Positions 23,317 through 34,140 of a stretch of 43,713 bases of DNA are shown here, piece by piece. Origin of the DNA: Octopus bimaculoides (taxonomy: Eukaryota); the NCBI RefSeq assembly GCF_001194135.2, contig NC_068989.1, positions 43,834,487 through 43,878,199 on the forward strand, in the 5' to 3' direction. Position 1 is the first letter of the stretch; each line of letters begins with the position of its first letter. The notes below the pieces were generated by a model that saw nothing but the letters and a program-made list of their open reading frames with translations, was not told the DNA's origin and searched no databases. The position numbers and the translations under genes are program-made.

Positions 23317-23339
23317 ATTTTGTATAATTCACCTAAAAA

Positions 23340-24000
23340 GGATTTTTTAACGTACTGACTATTTGGTAAAATTAATAATTATTAATTAATTAATTAACTA
23401 ACTAATTTTATTCTCTCTCTATACATATATAAATACACAGAGAGAGAGAGAGAGAGAAAGAGAGGAGGGGAGCCAAAGAGAAAGAGATAAAGAGTTATAA
23501 ATGAGAGGCAAAAGCTTATTAGAAAAGGTAATTCTTTGTCAAAGAAGTTAATCCGACATGTTAGAAAGGCTCATTTCTTATTCACCCTGGAACTGATTCT
23601 ACTTCTAAATCTAATTAATCTTATGGGCTAATCCAATTTCTAAGAGAAGTGTAAGAAAAAAAGAAAGAAAGAAAGAAAGAAAGAAGAAAGAAAAATCAGA
23701 GAGGAAGGAGAAAGAGAGAGAATAATGGCGAGAGGTGAGATATGCCAAACAGTAAAATTAATTCTACAACAAAGGGAGTTAATCCTACATGTAAGAGACT
23801 TCATACTCTTATTCATGTTAAATATTGCTAATTCGATACACTGGTAGTAAATTTCTCACAATTAAAGTGGTTAATTACACAGTGAAAGACATTAAAACTG
23901 TGCTTAATGAATTATTAATTAGTTAATCGCTAAAAATAATCATATTATTCCATGTCACTACGTATGCAATCTTAATTTGATTCATCACTGATTAACTAGT
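23340..24000. promoter_or_regulatory. Homeodomain-site cluster (candidate enhancer/promoter)
   Basis: TAATCC at 23549, 23629, 23780; TAATYNRATTN matches at 23629-23639 and 23973-23983; many TAATT(A); duplicated ~60-bp block 23527-23585 / 23757-23817. Confidence 0.4.
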
Positions 24001-24019
24001 AAAAAGGTAAAGGCTGCCT

Positions 24020-24352
24020 TAAGTCATGAATGACCATGGGATTGCATCTAGAAAGTTACCTTCTGAGGCACGAGTCTGGGCAAGGTTGTTTGTGGAAGAC
24101 CAGCAGTTGCTCATCTTTATAGAAAGCCAGCAGTCTCCCCTCTCCATTGCCACCGGTATTATACAAGGGAAAGGTAATCACTAATACAACTTGGCACCAG
24201 TGACGTTGCAACTCATTTCTACAGCTGAGTAAACTGGAACAACATGAAATAAAGTGTCTTTCTCAAGAACACAACACACAGCCCAGTCTGGGAATGGAAC
24301 TCACCACTTTATGATTGTGAGTCCAATGCTCTAACCACTGAGCCATGCGCCT
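24020..24352 (-). mobile_element. SINE family D copy
   Basis: Collinear with 19407-19721; head aaggcgcatggctcagtggttagagc in reverse complement. Confidence 0.85.
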
Positions 24353-24599
24353 TCGTGGTTTGACAAGTATGTTGAAAGGAGCTCTTTTAACTTGCTGGGT
24401 CTGGAAGAAGAGGCAGTGCCCATGGTCTTCACAGGTGCTTCTAGACTGCGGCACCTGTATGAAAGACATTATCAAAGACAGAATTCCAGATGGCTGGCAT
24501 TCTGGAAGAAAATGTGATTAGTGTAGGTTAGGATTAGGGTGGGTTGGACATGACGAAACTGATGAAAGAAAGAGAGATGAATGAGTTGAGAATGCCTGA

Positions 24600-25790
24600 A
24601 TAGAGGTGGCATTAGCCCTGTTAGGTCCTAGGAGCAAGGACCATTATAGTTGTGGTAGAAAAGGCAGAGAGAAGCAACAATACACTTGTGGAAACCAGAG
24701 AGCAACCATGAATGACTTTATACCTATTATTTGGATAACCCTTTTCAGGATGTAACCCAGGATGTTTGTGCATGTATCAACAGTACTGTCCCAGATGTGA
24801 GAGCAATACTCCATTAAGGTCCTCATCTGAGCTTTGTAGAGTGTCAATAAGGGAACTGAAATACCTACTGGCTCTGAAGGGTAGGGCCAATTGTTGGGGT
24901 ATGATTCCAGTTATATTAAAGATGTGCTTTCTCCAGAGAAAAGTGTAAAAGTGACCATTGCTAGATGTGGAGGTAAATAAATTATTTTATGTATCTAAGG
25001 AAGAGAGTGGAAGGTGAAACTAAACTGTTGGATGCTACTGAATCAAAGGATGAGACAGATGGAGTTCATAGATAGGCACTTTTGAGAAGAGATTCACATG
25101 CTAAACATGTTCAATGGCTTTCCTATTGTTGAAGGTGGAACATTGCTTTCACCAAGTTCCTCCAAGAATTCATTGGTGGGTCTCAGAAGAGAGCAGGTCA
25201 CTGATGAACATAGCTTTGTAGAAACCAAGCTGGTGGTTATTATAGGTGAAGATTCAAGGTATTGGAAAATGTCTTTGTTAAAGCTTGTCTCCTTTACCAT
25301 AGAGGTATGCTTTCTTAATAAGGTGGGAATAAGATTCAAACATACCTGGAGTTATCTCCCATGACTGTTGTCAGAAAAATAATAATTTTAGACATTGAGC
25401 AATGCTGTCTTTTTTCTTCAGGTTACTAGATAGATATTTAATGTTCCCTGCATTAAGTATCCATTCATCTATCTTCGCCACCGACTATTCCTGGAAGTGT
25501 CATGGGAGTAGAGTCTTCAAGCTCTCACTCAATAGGGTCCTATCCAAAGCAACTGTCATTACTCTTTCCAGCTGGATTTCAAAGTATGACCAACTGATAT
25601 TATGAACATTATCCAACGTGGTCTACCCCTAGATTTCCTGCTGATTAGCTTGGCTTGAAGTATTCATCTTGTGATTCTTTCCTGTAACATCCTTATCACA
25701 TGTCTGTAATACCAGTGCTGTGATCTTTCAAAAACAGAGGAGTAGTGGCTCCATCTGGAGAGACTCCCTGTTCTCTGAGTTACATAACCC
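24600..25790 (-). mobile_element. CR1/L2-group LINE ORF2 fossil
   Basis: WRKHI..FRASRYFS / LLTLYKAQMRTLMEYCSHIW..LKRVIQIIG (post-RT YKxxxRPxxEYCSxxW motif); upstream frames degenerate. Confidence 0.7.
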
Positions 25791-25828
25791 TGTTGAGTAA
25801 CATTACTCCAGGGATCAGCACTAATTAA

Positions 25829-26001
25829 CCCTTTAGCATTCAGATTATTCTATCAAATGTAACAATATTTATTCACATTGTTTTGCATAATCTTGTAGCC
25901 TTGGGATTTCGATAATATGACTACACTTTTTAGACTAATACTGTATGGGAGGTTGGAGCGGTTGGATATGGCCATATGTGGCCAGTTTAAATGCTAAAGG
26001 G
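25829..26001. mobile_element. piggyBac-type MITE (173 bp)
   Basis: 12-bp TIR ccctttagcatt / aatgctaaaggg; TTAA at 25825-28 and tttaa at 26002-06. Confidence 0.8.
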
Positions 26002-26054
26002 TTTAACTAAGCCTATATGTCATGATAACTTTTCACTAAAATAACACTGCGTAA

Positions 26055-26124
<70 letters not shown>

Positions 26125-26127
<3 letters not shown>

Positions 26128-26738
26128 TAGTTTTATTTTTATAACGTGCTTTCATTTCACTACCGAGCGCAGCTCTGTGCGCCTTGGGTATGTGCTGTGG
26201 TTTGCTGTGATGCTCTTATGGTTACTGTATTGAAAGTGTTTTGCGTAGGATGTGTGCAGTGCCCAATAGTGCAATTTTCTGTATGTTATATATATTTGTA
26301 AGTCCTGATGTTTTTGTTATGTATTTGTCTGAATATTTTTTTATTATAACTAAGGCGCCCCTATNNNNNNNNNNCTATTTCTGGTCTATTGGCCTTAATT
26401 TCTCTATCTGTGTGTGTTGGCATATCCCAGAGTATGGTTGCTTTCTCGTTTTCTGTGACCTTTTCTGGCGTGTGTTTATACCATCTTTTTTCTGTTGTTA
26501 TTCCATAGTGTTGACATAGCTTCCAGTGTATATAGGTCCCAGCTCTGTCGTGTCTGTGAATATATTCCTTCTTAGCCAGGACTGGGCAGCCAGAGATAAT
26601 ATGATTTATTGTATCTTGTCCATCGCCACATATTCTGCAGTTACTTGTTATGTTTCTTTTCATTATATGTTTTTGGTAATTTCTGGTGGGGAGGCTTTAG
26701 TCTTGTGTAGCAATTAAAAATCCTTCAGTCTCTGAAGG

Positions 26739-26740
<2 letters not shown>
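26125..26740 (-). mobile_element. 5'-truncated R4/Dong-like non-LTR retrotransposon (restriction-like endonuclease) in a (TAA)n microsatellite
   Basis: ETEGFLIATQD*SLPTRNY, CRICGDGQDTINHIISGC (CCHC), HRHD, WDMP..DREIKANRPEI (RPD-like), GAL..QKIALLGTAHILRKTLSIQ* (stop 26222-24); (ATT)n at 26056-26124 and 26741-26789; 10-N gap 26365-74. Confidence 0.92.
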
Positions 26741-26789
<49 letters not shown>

Positions 26790-27469
26790 GTCTTTGGTCT
26801 GTAAGTGTTATTTCCTACTTGCTTCTATCTAGAAATCAAAGGAAATGACTATTATTCCCTTCAGACTTTGCTTTTGTGATCTGGACATCAATGTTCTGAA
26901 GTTGACCTATTTTACATTACATTTCAGACAGATTCAGCACTGAATTGCTGAAGCAGAAATATCATTATAGCAAATATTCTGCTCAATACCACAGATTTGC
27001 TTGTTAGTTGCTTGAACTAACCACTTGAGCATGTTCCTTAGTGATTGACAAGATGTGTGTCTCTGATGATGAGCAGGTGTAGTGGGGGAGTATCATAACT
27101 ATGTGTTGAAAGGGATTCTATGAAGTTTGAATAAATGTAACACAAGCAAAATTTGAAGGAAATATTAGCCATTTTTCATACTTTCCAAGGGTAAGCAAAT
27201 AGGAAATAACAGTTGCTAGCCAAGGACAAAAATCGTGTTACACAGGGTAATCATCATTTTAACATCAACTTTTCCATTCTTACATAGGTCAGATAAAATT
27301 TGAACCAATATTCACTGCTTTCTAGTTAAGGTGATATTTCACTTGATTCTTTGAATAACAAACAGCTCAATGGCTGGACATGTTTTCATGACATATTGTC
27401 CTCAATAACTTTTTTTATGGATGATGATTATGTTTTGAAGCAGTACATAAACTACATTAAGACAAGAGG

Positions 27470-27515
<46 letters not shown>

Positions 27516-27714
27516 CCCGGTTTTCCATACAAAAGTATTACTTTGCATGGAACCAAGTGAGGGTTGGCAACTTGAAAGACACTTAGCTATAGAAAATCTG
27601 CTGCAAAGAATTCCATCCAACCCATGCAAGCATGGAAAAGTGGAGTGATGATGGTGATGATGTGTGTGTGTATGTGTGCATATGTGTGTGTGTGTGTGTT
27701 ATCATCATCATTAT

Positions 27715-28120
27715 CATCATCATTTAACGTCTGATTCCTCTGCTGGATGGCTTGACAGGAGATGACCACCAGCTGAAGGGCTGTTCAGGCTCCCTGTCTG
27801 TTATGGCTTCTGTGGCTGGATGCCCTTCCTAACACCAACCAATTTACAGAGTGTACTGGGTGCTTTTGCACAGAGCCAGCACAGGTGCTTTTTATGTGAC
27901 ACCAGCACCTATGAGCCTGCAAGATAAAGGATGCTCAGCTGGAGAAGGTTGCAGGGGCGGGGGAAGCCTGTATGCAAGGACAACCACGCTTTTACTTAGC
28001 TTGATATATCTCTTCAAGCACAGCAAACAGCCAGGAGTGTCAGCCCCCTGTCATCCCCTCTGTGAGCTCCAGTGTCTGTAGATTCTTTCTCACTACCTTA
28101 ACCCACATCTTCCTGAGTCT
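27715..28120 (-). mobile_element. RTE 3' end with UTR motif and (GAT)n tail
   Basis: ggatgcccttcctaacaccaacc motif; 28020-28120 reverse complement reads as RTE C-terminal R-K-x-W..V.K.L..LEL. Confidence 0.65.
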
Positions 28121-28140
28121 ATCCCTTATATATATATATA

Positions 28141-28484
28141 AAAAAAATATGTAGATATGTTGGAGTTAGGAAATCAATATTCGAAACTTTCAAAAGGATA
28201 CATATTTTTTATATCACATATAAAAATGTAGAAAAAATTATATTATATATATAAAAAATAGATGTAGAAATATAATAATAAATATATGCACTCACACATA
28301 CATATTTTTATATTTAAACTTATATATTTATTATTATATTTCTACATCTATTTTTTTTTATATATAATATAATTTTTTCTACATTTTTATAACTTAAGGC
28401 AAAAAATGTGATATAAAAAATATATATTCTTTTGAAAGATTCGAATATTAATTTCCTAACTACAACATATCTACATGTGTTTTT

Positions 28485-28485
<1 letters not shown>
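28141..28485. repeat. AT-rich fold-back, ~147/164-bp arms, 34-bp loop, inside (TA)n
   Basis: 28141-28287 vs reverse complement of 28322-28485 (tgtagatatgttg.agttaggaaat.aatattcgaa.ctttcaaaag...); short insertion in the right arm; (TA)n on both sides. Confidence 0.88.
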
Positions 28486-28529
<44 letters not shown>

Positions 28530-28889
28530 GCTCGTATTAACTGTATTAATATTTTAAAATTTATAAAAAAAAATTTTAATATTATTGATACCATAATATA
28601 TACGAGCACTCAATATAAATTCAGCATATCATATTCCTATTGAATATTTCTAATTAATGAATTTATATATATATATATATATATAATGTACTGTTCTGTT
28701 ATTGGTGTAATCAACAAAAAAAGTGCTCCAAAGCACTCGGCCATGCTGTGTATGGCCTGAAATATTGCTTGGAAATAGTTGGTGCACTATACAAGTTTGT
28801 CCAACCACCTTGTTTCCACACCATGGAACTAATAGTACCTCGATTTTATACCCACTACTTAAAATAGCCATATCATATCCAAATAGTCT

Positions 28890-29051
28890 ATATGTTTTAT
28901 GTTCAAATGGACCGGCTCTGGTCTCTCTCACCTACTCTACAATGTCATGCTGAAAATGAACAATCATATCACTGAAATCTTGAAGCTACGAGATAATGCA
29001 TGATTAATTCAAAAGAACGTGAATAAATAAAAATTACTGAATGCTAAAGGA
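28890..29051 (-). mobile_element. Second, degenerate copy of the piggyBac-type MITE
   Basis: aatgctaaagga+ttaa end; interior collinear with 25829-26001 in reverse orientation. Confidence 0.6.
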
Positions 29052-29053
29052 TT

Positions 29054-29086
<33 letters not shown>

Positions 29087-30426
29087 NNNNNNNNNNNNNN
29101 NNNNNNNNNNNNNNNNNNNNNNNNNNNNNNNNNNNNNNNNNNNNNNNNNNNNNNNNNNNNNNNNNNNNNNNNNNNNNNNNNNNNNNNNNNNNNNNNNNNN
29201 NNNNNNNNNNNNNNNNNNNNNNNNNNNNNNNNNNNNNNNNNNNNNNNNNNNNNNNNNNNNNNNNNNNNNNNNNNNNNNNNNNNNNNNNNNNNNNNNNNNN
29301 NNNNNNNNNNNNNNNNNNNNNNNNNNNNNNNNNNNNNNNNNNNNNNNNNNNNNNNNNNNNNNNNNNNNNNNNNNNNNNNNNNNNNNNNNNNNNNNNNNNN
29401 NNNNNNNNNNNNNNNNNNNNNNNNNNNNNNNNNNNNNNNNNNNNNNNNNNNNNNNNNNNNNNNNNNNNNNNNNNNNNNNNNNNNNNNNNNNNNNNNNNNN
29501 NNNNNNNNNNNNNNNNNNNNNNNNNNNNNNNNNNNNNNNNNNNNNNNNNNNNNNNNNNNNNNNNNNNNNNNNNNNNNNNNNNNNNNNNNNNNNNNNNNNN
29601 NNNNNNNNNNNNNNNNNNNNNNNNNNNNNNNNNNNNNNNNNNNNNNNNNNNNNNNNNNNNNNNNNNNNNNNNNNNNNNNNNNNNNNNNNNNNNNNNNNNN
29701 NNNNNNNNNNNNNNNNNNNNNNNNNNNNNNNNNNNNNNNNNNNNNNNNNNNNNNNNNNNNNNNNNNNNNNNNNNNNNNNNNNNNNNNNNNNNNNNNNNNN
29801 NNNNNNNNNNNNNNNNNNNNNNNNNNNNNNNNNNNNNNNNNNNNNNNNNNNNNNNNNNNNNNNNNNNNNNNNNNNNNNNNNNNNNNNNNNNNNNNNNNNN
29901 NNNNNNNNNNNNNNNNNNNNNNNNNNNNNNNNNNNNNNNNNNNNNNNNNNNNNNNNNNNNNNNNNNNNNNNNNNNNNNNNNNNNNNNNNNNNNNNNNNNT
30001 ATATATATCACTGGTGAAGGCCAGTTTATAGGGTTACCCTGGGCGTTTTAAATAGGCCATAGGCCAATAGGTCTTAGGGTCTGAAGATAAACTATAAAGG
30101 CAAGAAACCCAGGGTAACTGATCTTCTCTAGTAATAAATATTGACTGTTCTACTTCTTAGAGTGTACTTGTCTGGGTTTATGTTTTTCTGAAGAAATGAT
30201 ATATATATGTGTGTGTGTGTGTATCTATCTTTGTCTTTAAAAATATATATAAAGATAAAGAGATATATGCATGTATATTTATATCTATCTCTATTTCTCT
30301 CTCTCTTCCTCTCTCTCTCCCTCTCTCTCTGTCTCTGTCTCTCTCTCTGAAAAGATACAGAGATATATGTGTGTATGTATATACACACATACACACATGC
30401 GTGCACACACACAAGCATGCACGCAT

Positions 30427-30464
<38 letters not shown>

Positions 30465-30466
<2 letters not shown>

Positions 30467-30577
30467 CAGGCTTCATTCAGTTTCTATCTATCAAATCCAC
30501 TAACAAAGCTCTGGTCAGCCCAAGGTGCCATGCAGCGGGATTGAACTCAGAACCATGTGGTTGGGAAACAAACTTCT

Positions 30578-30580
<3 letters not shown>
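30465..30580 (-). mobile_element. SINE family A fragment
   Basis: ggcttc..cagtttct..aaatccact..cccaaggtgcca..gaaccatgtggttgg. Confidence 0.7.
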
Positions 30581-30613
<33 letters not shown>

Positions 30614-30617
<4 letters not shown>

Positions 30618-30800
30618 TAGGATCCACAATGAGCAGAACTTACTTGCAGGTATTGGTAGTGCAAATCAGAGGTGCAATCTGTGTGGGTGTTTTTTCAAAA
30701 CACTGTCTGGTTTAAAAAGCCACATCAGACGCCATGAAAGGGCTAAGGTGTAGGTGCAGGAGGTGGTCAAACTCTGTTTAAGGAGTAGACAACCACCATA
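30614..30800 (+). mobile_element. RTE-like LINE 3' end with C2H2 zinc finger, between (TA)n tracts
   Basis: CNLCGCFFKTLSGLKSHIRRHERAKV* then ~45-nt UTR; no splice acceptor, begins abruptly in (TA)n. Confidence 0.65.
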
Positions 30801-31151
30801 TATANNNNNNNNNNNNNNNNNNNNNNNNNNNNNNNNNNNNNNNNNNNNNNNNNNNNNNNNNNNNNNNNNNNNNNNNNNNNNNNNNNNNNNNNNNNNNNNN
30901 NNNNNNNNNNNNNNNNNNNNNNNNNNNNNNNNNNNNNNNNNNNNNNNNNNNNNNNNNNNNNNNNNNNNNNNNNNNNNNNNNNNNNNNNNATATTATATTC
31001 ATACGTAGATATATGACCTACGTTAGACCCCTTATTCGCATAACCACCGAACCTGGAGCTTAACTGTGGTCTATCTATAGCACTTACTCAGTATTACCTG
31101 AAACCTCTGGGTCTAATTGACACCACTATCCCTCATAACCTATATATATAG

Positions 31152-31186
<35 letters not shown>

Positions 31187-31516
31187 TACATACACACACA
31201 CACATGCACACACATATTCATATATACATAAGCACACACACACATATATGTATGAATATATATAGATTTATATTTATCTACACACATACATACATACATA
31301 GACACATGAAGCTTTTGATAGTTTTCATAGGCTACAATACACACATAGAAACAAACCCAAGAATTTGAGTTTCTTCTGAATCACATCACCATCTTTGTAC
31401 CTACAATGTTATTTTATTTAAAAAAAAAAAAAAGGAGTTCAGTTGGTTTTTAACAAAATGGCTAGTTTTAATAAGAAAGAGGAGAAAGAGAGAAAGAGAG
31501 AATGCAGAAGACAAAC

Positions 31517-31665
31517 CTTTAGGAAGTACTTCCACATTTCTTTTGCTGATCCCTTTTTCCTGTAAGATGGTGTTATATACACATAGCGTAGATTCAGAAT
31601 TGGTCCAGTCTCAGTAGAGAATGCATGAGAATAGAGGAGAAATCCAGTTAGATGTAATGGACCAT
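31517..31665 (-). CDS. SAT2-like: Internal coding exon of the same SSAT-family GNAT acetyltransferase
   Basis: Acceptor ttttctttacag| (31666-31668), donor AAG|gtttgt (31511-31516), 149 nt, phase 1 in and phase 0 out: (D)GPLHLTGFLLYSHAFSTETGPILNLRYVYITPSYRKKGSAKEMWKYFLK. GF..Y...S..G, Y-R-x-x-G-x-A (GNAT motif A). Joins in frame to the 880-1041 exon. Confidence 0.85.
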
Positions 31666-31842
31666 CTGTAAAGAAAAAAAACAATATGAAGAAGAATTTT
31701 AAATGAATTGAAGGCTGAAATATGAGTGGTAGAATTTATGTTTATAAAAAGCCAACACAACACCTGTATCTTTTGGAAGCATTGTTTCATGCTCAGAATT
31801 TCTGAAGGATGGAATAAACTACCCACATCAGTTGTTAGCTGT

Positions 31843-32230
31843 TTTTGTTGTTGGCACTCCGTCGCTTACGACGTCGAGGGTTCCAGTTGATCAGATCAAC
31901 GGAACAACCTGCTCGTAAAATTGACGTGCAAGTGGCTGAGCACTCCACAGAAACGTGTACCCTTAACGTAGTTCTCGGGGATATTCAGCGTGACACAGTG
32001 TGACAAGGCTGACCCTTTGAATTACAGGCACAACAGAAACAGGAAGTAAGAGTGAGAGAAAGTTGTGGTGAGAGAGTACAGCAGGGTTCGCCACCATCCC
32101 CTGCCGGAGCCTCGTAGGGCTTTAGATGTTTTCGTTCAAAAAACACTCACAACGCCCGGTCTGGGAATCGAAACCGCGATCCTATGACCGCGAGTCCGTT
32201 GCCCTAACCACTAGGCCATTGCGCCTCCAC
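31843..32230 (-). mobile_element. Full-length SINE family B with 10-bp TSD
   Basis: TSD tgttagctgt at 31833-31842 and 32231-32240; intact A/B boxes; CpGs retained. Confidence 0.93.
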
Positions 32231-32754
32231 TGTTAGCTGTAGTGACACTACATCCTTCAAAACTTCCATGCCTTCTGAAATTTGCCAACAGTACTCCTGA
32301 TGCCCTCCCCCGACTCTGTTTTTTTTAAAAACTCATTCACTGTTCATTTCCTGTGCATATTCTCTGTACTGTTCATGCAGTTTTGGTTCCTTTTTCAGAT
32401 GAGTTGTAGTGCACCTGAGCACTGTATACCATAAGTTCATTATTATTTTTATAAATTTTTGTATCAAATGTTTGTAGATATTTTTTTTTAATATGGGCCA
32501 TCAGTAATTTCTTTAGGTACTAGAATGTTTTTCCTCCTCTGTTATCTTTAGAGCTATTTGCTACAAGTAACCATTTACCTGTGAAGTAGGAAGAAAGCCT
32601 GCTTTTTGGTTGGTTTACTCAAGCAAACTGGAGTAAACAGAGTTATGTACCTTGCTCAGGGAAGTAAAAGAATGGCTGCAAAAAAACATTTTGAACCTCC
32701 AGTGAATATAAATATATGTGTGTGTGTATATATACACACGTACATATATACCAT

Positions 32755-32975
32755 CATCACCATCATCATCATTTAACGTCCGTTGTCCATGCTGGTATGG
32801 GTTGGACAGTTTGATTAGGGTTGGTAAGCTGAGGGGTTGCACCAGACTCTAGTTTGATTTGGCATGCTTCCTATGGCTGGATACCTTTCCTAATGCTAAC
32901 CACACCATATATATGTACATATGTACATATATATATATGTACACACACACATATACATATATATATATACATACG

Positions 32976-33007
<32 letters not shown>

Positions 33008-34140
33008 CATTACATACATATATGTATTTATACATGTATGTATGTATGTATCTATGTATGTGCATTTGTATATATGTATGTTTGTGTCATCATCATCATC
33101 ATCATCATCATCGTTTAACGTCCGCCTTCCATGCTAGCATGGGTTGGACGATTTGACTGAGGACTGGTGAAACCGGATGGCAACACCAGGCTCCAATCTA
33201 ATTTGGCAGAGTTTCTACAGCTGGATGCCCTTCCTAACGCCAACCACTCAGAGAGTGTAGTGGGTGCTTTTACGTGTCACCCGCACGAAAACGGCCACGC
33301 TCGAAATGGTGTCTTTTATGTGCCACCCGCACAAGAGCCAGTCCAGGGGCACTGGCAACGATCTCGCTTGAAAAACCTCATGTGTCACCCACACAAGAGA
33401 CAGCCTNNNNNNNNNNNNNNNNNNNNNNNNNNNNNNNNNNNNNNNNNNNNNNNNNNNNNNNNNNNNNNNNNNNNNNNNNNNNNNNNNNNNNNNNNNNNNN
33501 NNNNNNNNNNNNNNNNNNNNNNNNNNNNNNNNNNNNNNNNNNNNNNNNNNNNNNNNNNNNNNNNNNNNNNNNNNNNNNNNNNNNNNNNNNNNNNNNNNNN
33601 NNNNNNNNNNNNNNNNNNNNNNNNNNNNNNNNNNNNNNNNNNNNNNNNNNNNNNNNNNNNNNNNNNNNNNNNNNNNNTCATCATCATCATCATCATCATC
33701 GTTTAACGTCCGCCTTCCATGCTAGCATGGGTTGGACGATTTGACTGAGGACTGGTGAAACCGGATGGCAACACCAGGCTCCAATCTAATTTGGCAGAGT
33801 TTCTACAGCTGGATGCCCTTCCTAACGCCAACCACTCAGAGAGTGTAGTGGGTGCTTTTACGTGTCACCCGCACGAAGGCCAGTCAGGCGGTACTGGCAA
33901 AGGCCATGCTCATCTCACTCGAGAAACCTCATGTGTCACCCGCACAAGAGCCAGCCCAGGGGCACCAGCAATGATCCCGCTCGAAAAATCCCAGAACGCC
34001 ACACAAGAGCCAGTTCAGCGGCACCGGCAACGATCTCGCTCGAAGAAATTTCATGTGTCACCAGCACAAGAGCCAGTCCAGGGGCACTGGCAACGATCTC
34101 GCTTGAAAAACCTCATGTGTCACCCACACAAGAGACAGCC
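32755..34140 (-). mobile_element. Cluster of RTE-tail retroposons (32755-32905, 33086-33406, 33678-34140)
   Basis: (TCA)n + tttaacgtccg + ggatgcccttcctaacgccaacc; the last two are near-identical at both ends and flank gap 33407-33677. Confidence 0.8.

Larger units (their letters stand above)
1042..31516 (-). other. Inferred ~30.5-kb intron of the SAT-like gene
   Basis: Lies between a phase-0 donor and a phase-0 acceptor whose exons join as ...KYFLK|LAIK...; no other SAT-like exon found between them by eye. Confidence 0.65.

Noticed and set aside
28720-28890. piggyBac transposase-like peptide RLFGYDMAILSSGY
   Set aside because: Similarity too short to support, and the upstream part of the ORF is the non-coding MITE.
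30271-30753. Host C2H2 zinc-finger gene
   Set aside because: Single finger, ORF N-terminus is microsatellite/SINE, no acceptor; fits a LINE C-terminus.
31023-31116. HDV-like or hammerhead ribozyme (ttagaccc/gggtctaa IR, GCGAAT, GAAAC..GTC)
   Set aside because: No P1 partner or nested double pseudoknot could be built on either strand, and no CUGANGA core.
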